From: Candidatus Saccharimonadota bacterium
GTDB lineage: Bacteria > Patescibacteriota > Saccharimonadia > Saccharimonadales > Saccharimonadaceae
DNA: 32,000 nucleotides
Assembly (NCBI GenBank): GCA_001029695.1
Contig: CP011211.1
Span: 360,001 to 392,000 of the forward strand
Reading direction: 5' to 3'
Part shown: positions 10,312-19,204 of the stretch, one piece after another
How the letters are laid out: each line of letters begins with the position of its first letter
Numbering within the stretch: the first letter of the stretch is position 1
The notes under the pieces: generated by a model
The model's input: the letters and a program-made list of their open reading frames with translations, nothing else
Told to the model about the DNA's origin: nothing
Database searches by the model: none
Program-made: the position numbers and the translations under genes

Positions 10312-11751
10312 TTACGCGTCGACGTCTTGACTCGAAAGGTCAGTTGGCGCGATACTCTCTAGCCACAGCTGCAATTCTTGCAAAATAAACTGCTTATTTT
10401 CATCTTTTTCCGTTGCCGACAAGCGACCAAGTGACTTCATAAATTCCGGTAGCTGGTCATGAATATGAGCAATTCGCCAGCGTTCCCACTCATGTTGCTC
10501 GCTATCCGTCAGCGTCTTTGGAAAGTTACGCGCCTTATAGTGTACGAGTAGCTGTCCGAGCCGTTCGTCGCTAAATTCCGGCTGAAAATCAGCAAGTTCT
10601 CGCTCAGTAGCATTGCGCACTGTCTCTACTCGGAGTCGATCTCGATCATTCAAGAACCCATCGTATAGCTGCGCCTCAACATCTTTAGATTTTTTAAATT
10701 CAGGACGCTTTTCGATAAGACTACGGATATTTTCTGCGAAATGAGGTGCGCTCAAGAGTGCAGCCTTGTGCTTCTCGATAGTCTCCATGTCTAGGTGAAT
10801 CCGCTTCCATCCGTCAGCCTGCTCCAGTACGCCCACGGGTGCAACCGCTGGTGCACGATTATACTGCAATTCCTTTACTGGAAGTTTTACGAAGCCTTCA
10901 GATTGACGCTCGTCCCACGAGGCGGACATTTTCTTTGCCAGTTCATCCTGCGAAAGGTTAAGGAGCGGCGAAGGGTCGTAACGAAGATCATACACGACAA
11001 CATTGCCATTCTTCCCCGGGGTCAACGGGAATGCAATGGTGGTTTTGTCATGCTCGTTATCATACCGTCCACTCGTATAGACAAACGGCTTTTTGTCGTC
11101 TACATTCACCAGCTTCTTTACTTCGTTTTTGTCACGCATCTTCAGAAGATAGCTATAGAGCTGCGGCTGTTTTTGCTTAATCAGATTCGTCACCGCAATC
11201 AGCGCTTCAACATCACTCAGGGCATCGTGCGCTTTTAGGTGGTCGATACCATTTTGCGCAGTGAGAAGCTCTAGGCGATTCGTCGCCTTGCCGTCCTCAG
11301 TGACAGGCCAGACAATCCCCTCTGGTCGAAGTGCCCGCGTCATGCGCACAACATCAAGTAAATCCCATCTGGAGCGTCCATCTCGCCACGACCACTCATA
11401 TGGGTCCCTAAACGTTCGCCAAAAAAGGTGGCGTACAAATTCGTCGTCAAACCGAATACTATTAAACCCAACGGCAATAGTATTTTCAGTGAATATCTCA
11501 CTTGTCAGAAGCTCGGCAAACTGCGCCTCGGTATACCCGTCTGCTACTGTCTGCTGCGGCGTAATCCCTGTCACCATCAGCGCTTCCGGACTTGGGAGTG
11601 TATCATCATTTAAAGCAACGAGTACATCGTAGGGCTCGCCGATAGGATTGAGCTCCATATCAGTGCGGATTCCAGCGAATTGCATAATTCGTGCATCACG
11701 CGCACTGAGTCCGCTCGTTTCAAGGTCGTAAAAAAAGAATGTTTGAGCCAT
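10312..11751 (-). CDS. sbcB: exodeoxyribonuclease I
   Basis: 479 aa. It has the DEDDh Exo I motif FFFYDLETSG, the Exo III motif KAHDALSDVEALI and an ExoI-type SH3-like/C-terminal region. Confidence 0.9.
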   Translation of the reverse strand: MAQTFFFYDLETSGLSARDARIMQFAGIRTDMELNPIGEPYDVLVALNDDTLPSPEALMVTGITPQQTVADGYTEAQFAELLTSEIFTENTIAVGFNSIRFDDEFVRHLFWRTFRDPYEWSWRDGRSRWDLLDVVRMTRALRPEGIVWPVTEDGKATNRLELLTAQNGIDHLKAHDALSDVEALIAVTNLIKQKQPQLYSYLLKMRDKNEVKKLVNVDDKKPFVYTSGRYDNEHDKTTIAFPLTPGKNGNVVVYDLRYDPSPLLNLSQDELAKKMSASWDERQSEGFVKLPVKELQYNRAPAVAPVGVLEQADGWKRIHLDMETIEKHKAALLSAPHFAENIRSLIEKRPEFKKSKDVEAQLYDGFLNDRDRLRVETVRNATERELADFQPEFSDERLGQLLVHYKARNFPKTLTDSEQHEWERWRIAHIHDQLPEFMKSLGRLSATEKDENKQFILQELQLWLESIAPTDLSSQDVDA

Positions 11752-11757
11752 ATGCTT

Positions 11758-11786
11758 ATTCTACAGACTCTGACGCTATCCTGCAA
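11758..11786 (-). promoter_or_regulatory. candidate sbcB promoter TTGCAG-17-TAGAAT, with the -10 only 6 nt from the ATG (leaderless-type)
   Basis: The minus strand reads TTGCAGgatagcgtcagagtctgTAGAATaagcatATG. There is no SD. Confidence 0.45.
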
Positions 11787-11795
11787 AAGGTACAG

Positions 11796-11822
11796 AAAAA
11801 ACCCACCTCAATCGGAGGTGGG
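11796..11822 (-). terminator. intrinsic terminator (minus strand)
   Basis: cccacctc (11802-11809) / aatcg loop / gaggtggg (11815-11822). On the minus strand the hairpin is followed by TTTTTT (11801-11796). Confidence 0.8.
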
Positions 11823-12111
11823 TAGTATAGAGTAACGAACAATAGAATGTAAGCGCGGGGCGAGGAGCTGCAGAGTAATCACTCTAGCTAAACTCCTCGC
11901 CACCGCAAGTGCAAATCGCAGCACCGACAGGCGCTCAAATGCGAACTCACGAGACGAAACTCGTCATCGTCTGCGGTGATCGTGCAAATTTCTATTTTCA
12001 CCACAGCTTACTAGCGACACGTCGCCTGTCGACAGTAAGCTGTGGTGGACTTTATTCAATTGTCATTACTTTACTACTTCACATGATACATTTTTGTCAT
12101 CATTGAAGTAT
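11796..12111 (-). ncRNA. candidate structured non-coding RNA of about 315 nt, class unassigned
   Basis: The locus is bounded by a consensus promoter (12118-12146) and the terminator at 11796-11822. It has no credible minus-strand ORF. It contains a 14-bp perfect hairpin (11999-12012 / 12034-12047), a 9-bp GC-rich hairpin (11859-11867 / 11893-11901) with a nested agagt/actct stem, and a 9-bp bulged hairpin (11949-11957 / 11961-11970). Confidence 0.5.
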
Positions 12112-12117
12112 GAATGC

Positions 12118-12146
12118 ATTATAGCAGATATCTAGATATATGTCAA
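12118..12146 (-). promoter_or_regulatory. consensus sigma70-type promoter TTGACA-17-TATAAT
   Basis: The minus strand reads TTGACAtatatctagatatctgcTATAAT, with -35 at 12146..12141 and -10 at 12123..12118. The predicted TSS is near 12111. Confidence 0.7.
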
Positions 12147-12160
12147 TAGTATTTTATAAA

Positions 12161-13651
12161 CTAATAAAGCTGCCTGTAGCCTGCAAACTCATACGAAGTC
12201 GTCGTCAAATAGCTCCCAAACGGAGTGTCAACAGGGGGTAGTAACGTTCGTTGTGTATGGAAACTAATATTGACACCTTGTCCGCCCATAGCACCAAACT
12301 TCGTACCCCCGTAGCAGTCAACTGTCGCATAATAAGCAAAGAAGCTAAGTCCCGGGAAATTATTACCACCACCAGACCCCCCACATTCCAATGCGGTATA
12401 CTGCGTCGCTTTCATCCAGCTTGGATCAAAGTCCGGTAAGTACGCAGATGCTTTTGCATCCGCTGGAAGCAGGCATGCGGATGCAGTCTCATCGATTCTA
12501 TTTGAGCAACTTGAATTATTCGAGTAAAAACTAATCATATACGCAGATAGGCCTGCTGAATTTTTTAAAAAAGCGTCACCTCCGCGAAAAGTAGCAGCCT
12601 GCTGTGCGATAAACTTTCCATTTAATACAATCGTCGGCCCATTCCCAGTCGCTGTATCGGCAACTCCAAACAGCGATCGCTCGTTGAGCGTAATATTACC
12701 TTCGACATAAACATCTCCAGCAAAAAGAACCTTACATCCAGATATATCTGTTGCTGATATACTACCCGTTATCCACGTATTTGCGGGCACCGTCCTCGTT
12801 CCTCCATTACATGACTGAGTGATCGATGCGCCCGTTACCTTTGCTGCGCTGTTCATTCGACCAACAAACTCCTGTTTATTAAAGTATGGCTGCGCGTAAC
12901 TTGGCGCTGCACATCCAAGCTGAAGCCCGGCAATCTTTGAGGATGCTGGCTGATCTGTGGCGCAAACATTCCCATAAACACCAACACCCAATGCGGACAC
13001 ATTTATAGGTGGAGCACTGGCGTTGCAAGCCATAGGCCAATCAGCAGCAACTCCACAAGATATGTTGGCCGCTTGCAGCAATCGAACAGGCTCAGCGGCG
13101 GAGCCAATCGATGAACTCTGTGCTAATGTTATACCGCCTTTTACATAAATATTATCACCATACAACTTAGACTGAGAGCCAATAGAAAGCCCTCCAGAAC
13201 CAGCAAATAACGATATTCCCGACATTGGCCTCAATACAGGGCGTAAGGTTACTTCAATCTTTTTCTCATTAACAAGACTGTCGTCTCCACTATCTCTGTA
13301 CACTCTACCAGTACTAGTGATAACTTTTTGTCCATTAGGCTTTGTGGTGACATCTGTGACGTAGGTTGCCCGCCCCTCAGAAGATGAGACTCGATCATAA
13401 AAAACTTGAGGGCTTGCCAAAGGAAAGCCAGTAAATCCAGGATTTTCTGCAAGTTTGTATTTCGTTGCGCCCACCCCCGCTTCCGCAGCAGAAATCGCAT
13501 TCTCAACATAAGTTACACGTTTAGAGTTCATGTATTTTGACCCTGCGACTGTCGCGATCGTAAAAGCGATAGCAGTGAGAACGAAAACAACTATCGTGAC
13601 ATAGATCAGCAAGTAGCCTTTTTCGTTTTTATGAAATGATTTAGCCATCAA
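12161..13651 (-). CDS. large pilus-associated protein: PilX_N-like hydrophobic N-terminus plus a cysteine-rich C-terminal module of about 345 aa
   Basis: The N-terminus KGYLLIYVTIVVFVLTAIAFTIATVAG...NAISAAEAGV resembles the PilX N-terminal domain (no Glu+5). The gene overlaps the upstream minor pilin by 4 nt (ATGA). It has 10 Cys, all in the C-terminal module. Confidence 0.7.
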   Translation of the reverse strand: MMAKSFHKNEKGYLLIYVTIVVFVLTAIAFTIATVAGSKYMNSKRVTYVENAISAAEAGVGATKYKLAENPGFTGFPLASPQVFYDRVSSSEGRATYVTDVTTKPNGQKVITSTGRVYRDSGDDSLVNEKKIEVTLRPVLRPMSGISLFAGSGGLSIGSQSKLYGDNIYVKGGITLAQSSSIGSAAEPVRLLQAANISCGVAADWPMACNASAPPINVSALGVGVYGNVCATDQPASSKIAGLQLGCAAPSYAQPYFNKQEFVGRMNSAAKVTGASITQSCNGGTRTVPANTWITGSISATDISGCKVLFAGDVYVEGNITLNERSLFGVADTATGNGPTIVLNGKFIAQQAATFRGGDAFLKNSAGLSAYMISFYSNNSSCSNRIDETASACLLPADAKASAYLPDFDPSWMKATQYTALECGGSGGGNNFPGLSFFAYYATVDCYGGTKFGAMGGQGVNISFHTQRTLLPPVDTPFGSYLTTTSYEFAGYRQLY

Positions 13652-14058
13652 AAGACGTCCTTTGGCTCTACATAAGCCATCACGACAACCTGCTTTCTAT
13701 TCGAACCAAGAGGATAATCTATTACTACTTGTAACTGCCTCGCAGACGGCACCGCTGTCGGAACCGTGACGGTGACTTTCCCGGTCGTACCTGCTGGCAT
13801 ATCGGTAATCGCGCTAGTGAAGTCTATCGGTGCAGCAGCACTCGTCAACACCGTAAAATCCCCATTTCTTAATAGTTCAATCTGCTGTCGAGCTGCTCGA
13901 TTTGCCGTATCAACATAAAAAGAGTCTCTTTGCGCATACTGGATGTACTGCACGGCCGAAACAATAGAGACAATCGTGAGGCTAAAAACGACAACCGATA
14001 CAATAATCTCTATTGTCGTAAAGCCTGATTGTCGTCGTTGGCTAAAAGTAGCTGCCAT
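13648..14058 (-). CDS. type IV minor pilin / pseudopilin (PilV/GspI-like)
   Basis: Prepilin N-terminal cleavage/methylation motif QSG|FTTIEIIVSVVVFSL with Glu at +5. 136 aa. Confidence 0.8.
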   Translation of the reverse strand: MAATFSQRRQSGFTTIEIIVSVVVFSLTIVSIVSAVQYIQYAQRDSFYVDTANRAARQQIELLRNGDFTVLTSAAAPIDFTSAITDMPAGTTGKVTVTVPTAVPSARQLQVVIDYPLGSNRKQVVVMAYVEPKDVF

Positions 14059-14075
14059 AAGATTTGTTTATCCCG

Positions 14076-14501
14076 TTACGGCCTTATGACTTCATTTTCG
14101 GTACTTGCGCCACCCCAGTATGGACCAGGAATAGTGATCGTATAGGAAGTACATCGTGGGCTCGTAGGACTGCCACACCCAGATGGAGTGGGCGCGTACT
14201 GAATGCTCTGACTATTTTTTGTGAGGTTAAAAGCATCACCTAGCTGACTACCTACGCCACCGATATACGCCACGACAGCGGCCTTATTCTCAGGATAATT
14301 ATTCTTATCTGTAAAATACTCACCTAGCTTCAGCTTTACTTGCTGCGCAGTAGACACTACATCCGATTTAGCTGCACGTTTTTGGTATCCCGAGTATGAT
14401 ACAGTGCCGATTGCAGCCAAAATACCGATAATCGTAATTACAGTTATAAGTTCAATGATCGTAAATCCATAAGTGGTTCGTTTTACTTGAGTCGTCATCA
14501 C
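14076..14501 (-). CDS. type IV pilin (likely the major subunit of this cluster)
   Basis: Prepilin motif TYG|FTIIELITVITIIGILAAIG with Glu at +5. 141 aa with two C-terminal Cys (CGSPTSPRC), typical of a disulfide-bonded D-region. GAGGG SD lies upstream. Confidence 0.85.
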   Translation of the reverse strand: MMTTQVKRTTYGFTIIELITVITIIGILAAIGTVSYSGYQKRAAKSDVVSTAQQVKLKLGEYFTDKNNYPENKAAVVAYIGGVGSQLGDAFNLTKNSQSIQYAPTPSGCGSPTSPRCTSYTITIPGPYWGGASTENEVIRP

Positions 14502-14628
14502 TGTTTTAACCCTCTAATCATAAGCGCTTTATTTATAGATCATCATACCATTAACTGTAGTACGAGTAAACCACACAGGCCCCCTCCCCTGTACTAGTGA
14601 AGCTGTTTATGCTTAAATAGACTGCACT

Positions 14629-16359
14629 ATGACGCAATCGCGCAATCATTCGCTACCACGCAAAACGAGCGATGGATTTACCATCGTAGAGATGATTGTT
14701 GCAGTGACCGTTTCGACGTTCATGCTTGTTGCGATCGTTGGCTTTATCGTTACCCTGATCCAGCAATACGGAGTAAGCTCGCAGCGAAACACGTTGACAA
14801 CGAATCTTCAAGCTGCAACCTCACGTATAAATGACGACATACGAAAATCCGTCGCCGTCCTACCGACAAACCAAACAGATGACCCTAACGGCCCATCTCC
14901 TACCACACGATGGTCCTCGAAAGTAGACCAGCTTGTTCTCGGACAAAAACCAACATTAGCAGACGGCACTCTCATCGACACAGAAGCGCTCGATAGCGTT
15001 GTTTATTATCTCAAGGAAAGATCCCTCTACCGCCGCGTCGTGGCTGCAAGCACGACTCCACCAAATAGTATTTCCACTATTACGTGTGGCACAACGGCTA
15101 ACGGCTGCCCCGACGATGTCAGGGTTGTAGAAAATGTCGACAGCATAGCCTTCACCTACAGAAATAATGCAAATGCCGTTATCTCCTATAGTCCAAACGC
15201 CGTAACGAATGTTTCCTTTGCTATAAAACTCACCACCGAACAGAGCGGGCAAACCATAGAATCAAGTGGAAAATCTAGCATGACACTTCGACAGCAAACG
15301 CTCACCTACAATCGTACGCCGCTAAGCGTAGGGTCTGGAGGACTGCTCGTCAATAAAATGAACATGAATGTTCAGCCCAACGCCGACCTTACTGTCAAAG
15401 GGAGGATAAACTGGGGATCTGCTGGAGCAGCAGCGTATATTTATACACTGGGTACAGCGTCACAGCCAATCCGAAACCTTGCCGTTGCAGGTATCGCCTG
15501 TGGAACCGGCAGTTCATTCCCAACTCAATGCGCATCCCCCACAATCATTTCTGGTGCAGCATCAAAGATCACTACTCAAAACCTTTGCGCACCCGCACAC
15601 ACCGGTTCGCTTATCAATCCAACAATAGCGACCTCCACCAACACAGCACCGACAAGAACGTGTGACTCAGCTGCCTACGACCTTCCAGCATTCAATAGAG
15701 AGGCATTCTACAATAAGATGAACCAGCCGGCCGTCAATGGTACGCGTGTGTGCGGCGCAGCTCAGACATGCTCGCTTGAAGCAAATACGATTTATAACGG
15801 TGATATCGGTGGTGGGAGTGGCTTTCCTTCTGTCCCAAATCGTGCAAAATGGGAGATCAAAGGTGATATTTACGTAAGAGGTAACTTCGGAAATGCCGGA
15901 CTTGGTGCAAGCTCAGTCGCATCGTTCGAAGAATATAAAGTCGCCGACGGAATCACCAAGCGACCAGTTGTTGTGATCGAAAAGCAATTCTGGATTATCC
16001 TTGGCTCTGTCGTCCCAAATGACAAGGGCATCACTCCTATATTTATCAGTTACTATACACAGTCAAATCCCAGCTGTTCAAGCGATCCTAGCTGCAGCAC
16101 GCTAACACCAGCACAAGCCGCGCAAGAAGCCAACAACACAGACCCAAACAACCACGCGGTACGCTATGGGACCACATCGGGTGATACATACGGCAACTTC
16201 AGCGGATCACTCTACTCGTATTTTGGAAGAGTGAGTATCAATATCTGGTTTGGCGGCACATTCACCGGAACTGTCGCCGGTCAATCAGTGCTCCTCCAAG
16301 GCAGTAACAATACGACGTCCGCAACCTTCAATATGACAAACGAACCGTGGCCAAATTAG
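14629..16359 (+). CDS. large minor-pilin-like protein: PilW/GspJ-like N-terminal region plus a cysteine-rich C-terminal module of about 340 aa
   Basis: Prepilin motif SDG|FTIVEMIVAVTV with Glu at +5. VVYYLKERSLYRRV...SIAFTY resembles PilW/GspJ. The C-terminal part is collinear with the C-terminal module of ORF 12161..13651. 10 Cys. Confidence 0.75.
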   Translation: MTQSRNHSLPRKTSDGFTIVEMIVAVTVSTFMLVAIVGFIVTLIQQYGVSSQRNTLTTNLQAATSRINDDIRKSVAVLPTNQTDDPNGPSPTTRWSSKVDQLVLGQKPTLADGTLIDTEALDSVVYYLKERSLYRRVVAASTTPPNSISTITCGTTANGCPDDVRVVENVDSIAFTYRNNANAVISYSPNAVTNVSFAIKLTTEQSGQTIESSGKSSMTLRQQTLTYNRTPLSVGSGGLLVNKMNMNVQPNADLTVKGRINWGSAGAAAYIYTLGTASQPIRNLAVAGIACGTGSSFPTQCASPTIISGAASKITTQNLCAPAHTGSLINPTIATSTNTAPTRTCDSAAYDLPAFNREAFYNKMNQPAVNGTRVCGAAQTCSLEANTIYNGDIGGGSGFPSVPNRAKWEIKGDIYVRGNFGNAGLGASSVASFEEYKVADGITKRPVVVIEKQFWIILGSVVPNDKGITPIFISYYTQSNPSCSSDPSCSTLTPAQAAQEANNTDPNNHAVRYGTTSGDTYGNFSGSLYSYFGRVSINIWFGGTFTGTVAGQSVLLQGSNNTTSATFNMTNEPWPN

Positions 16360-16365
16360 GCGGTA

Positions 16366-17703
<1,338 letters not shown>

Positions 17704-17725
17704 GACATTTTATCAATTAGTTATT

Positions 17726-18907
17726 CTAGTGAATATAATTGTATGATTTTGCTTGGCCAGCTGAGATAGTACGGCCGGATATAATATTGAATCCGCCACC
17801 GCCACCGCCATAGTTCATTTCACTGATACGTATGTCACCGTTTGAAAGCACTTCTTCGACAATCGCAACGTGTCCATAGCCACCACCGTTTTGCATAACT
17901 GCACCAACCGCTGGCGTATTGTTGACAGCGAAGCCTGCAGCACGTGCGTACATTGCCCAAGTTGCCGCGTTACCCCAGAAACTGCCCACAGGACGTCCAA
18001 GTTGCGCACGACGCTCGTATGCGTACCATGTACAGTTACCGAACGCATAGGCATTTCCTGAAGAAACGTTTGCCATACCTCGGCTAATTGTATACCCACC
18101 AGAGTTATTCGCACCGTAGCTCGTACCTGTGCTTGCACGAGCAGTACTTGGAGCCTGATAGCCTGGGCGCTGGTCTTCCGGAAGCACGCCTGCTGGAATA
18201 ACGATACGACGATCCTTGGTGAGTCCATCGATTTCAAGATCATTAAATGAGACAATGCGATCTTTATCTGCCTTGAACGTACTTGCGATCTTTTCTGGCG
18301 TATCACCATCCTTGATCGTATACACTACACCATCAACAGGTGGAACGGTAAGTACTTTGTTCGCTTCTATCGCATCTGATGAGAGATTGTTGGCCCACTT
18401 TAGTGTCTCAGGAGAAATACTATGAGCAGCAGCGATTGACTGGGCAGTGTCACCTGCTTTTGCCGTATAGCTAGTAATATCTCGACTAGCTGCAGTTGCT
18501 TGGATGATTTGAGGCTTACTAATAGCAGACTCGCTCGTCTGAGAAAGTTCTGTTTTAGCTGCAAGAGAAACAGACAAGTTAGCAACGTTAGCTGCAACTG
18601 GCATATTCGTTTGTTCTGCGAAGTTCGCTGCAATGTCAGTTGCAACAACTTCGTCTACAGAAGGCCTATCAACATTGACACCTGTATTAGATGACTGGGC
18701 AACACTTGCTACTTGAGCAGGCTGAGGTTGGCGATAGCCAATAGCTACAATAGATATAATAAGGACAAAAATACCTGAATATGCAGCAAATGTTGCTAGT
18801 TTAGGTTTCGAAAAAGCCTTCTTATGACGCTTGTTCTTGCCTAAAACTTGTTGTTTTAGCTGTGCGTTTGATGCAAATGCATCGGGCGCAATTGGTTGGT
18901 TACGAAT
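17726..18907 (-). CDS. membrane-anchored peptidoglycan hydrolase: N-terminal TM, two LysM domains and a CHAP amidase/peptidase domain. Proposed non-AUG start.
   Basis: LysM motifs are YTAKAGDTAQSIAAAHSISPETLKWANNL and YTIKDGDTPEKIASTFKADKDRIVSFNDL. The CHAP motif is FGNCTWYAYERR...GHVAIVEEV. The frame is open to 18943 and encodes KKAFSKPKLATFAAYSGIFVLIISIVAIGY upstream of the first ATG (18604). AGGAG lies 7 nt before an in-frame ATT at 18907. Confidence 0.75.
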   Translation of the reverse strand: MRNQPIAPDAFASNAQLKQQVLGKNKRHKKAFSKPKLATFAAYSGIFVLIISIVAIGYRQPQPAQVASVAQSSNTGVNVDRPSVDEVVATDIAANFAEQTNMPVAANVANLSVSLAAKTELSQTSESAISKPQIIQATAASRDITSYTAKAGDTAQSIAAAHSISPETLKWANNLSSDAIEANKVLTVPPVDGVVYTIKDGDTPEKIASTFKADKDRIVSFNDLEIDGLTKDRRIVIPAGVLPEDQRPGYQAPSTARASTGTSYGANNSGGYTISRGMANVSSGNAYAFGNCTWYAYERRAQLGRPVGSFWGNAATWAMYARAAGFAVNNTPAVGAVMQNGGGYGHVAIVEEVLSNGDIRISEMNYGGGGGGFNIISGRTISAGQAKSYNYIH

Positions 18908-19143
18908 TATCGTTCTCCTGCTGCCTATATTACTATAGGAGCACTACCTTACTCTGTCTTTCTTCTCGCAAATAGAACGGGGTACGTGTCGACCGAATTC
19001 ATTAATTAATATTTTTTGAAAATGTTCATTTCGGTACCCGTGCGACATTTGTCGGTAGGCTCATTTATGTTTCACACTTCCCGCTCGCATATGCTTCCAG
19101 ACTGGCTGCATTAGTAGATGAAATCACAAATGTGCTGTAACTT

Positions 19144-19172
19144 ATTCTATATGACCTTGCATAAAATGTCAA
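19144..19172 (-). promoter_or_regulatory. candidate promoter TTGACA-17-TAGAAT for the LysM-CHAP transcript
   Basis: The minus strand reads TTGACAttttatgcaaggtcataTAGAAT. A second TTGACA sits at 19201..19196. The predicted TSS near 19137 gives a leader of about 230 nt. Confidence 0.5.
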
Positions 19173-19204
19173 TATATTTTTTAAGATAGTATTTTTGTCA
19201 ACTA

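Noticed and set aside
11909-12106. 65-aa plus-strand ORF in the sbcB-pilin intergenic region
   Set aside because: It has a GTG start without an SD and an implausible sequence. It lies antisense to a locus with a consensus minus-strand promoter and terminator, and its length is explained by the GC-rich hairpins.
11796-12111. Calling the structured RNA RNase P RNA, tmRNA, SRP RNA or a T-box/attenuator for sbcB
   Set aside because: An AAAGUCC string is present, but I found no ACAGAA..GGCUUA partner able to form P4. There is no tRNA-like 3' end and no SRP domain-IV motif. sbcB has its own promoter-like element after the terminator. The RNA is left unclassified pending cmsearch.
18908-19137. Annotating the hydrolase leader as a cyclic-di-AMP (ydaO) riboswitch
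   Set aside because: There is only loose string similarity, and I could not build the pseudo-symmetric consensus by eye. It is kept as a low-confidence hypothesis in the findings and is not listed as a feature.
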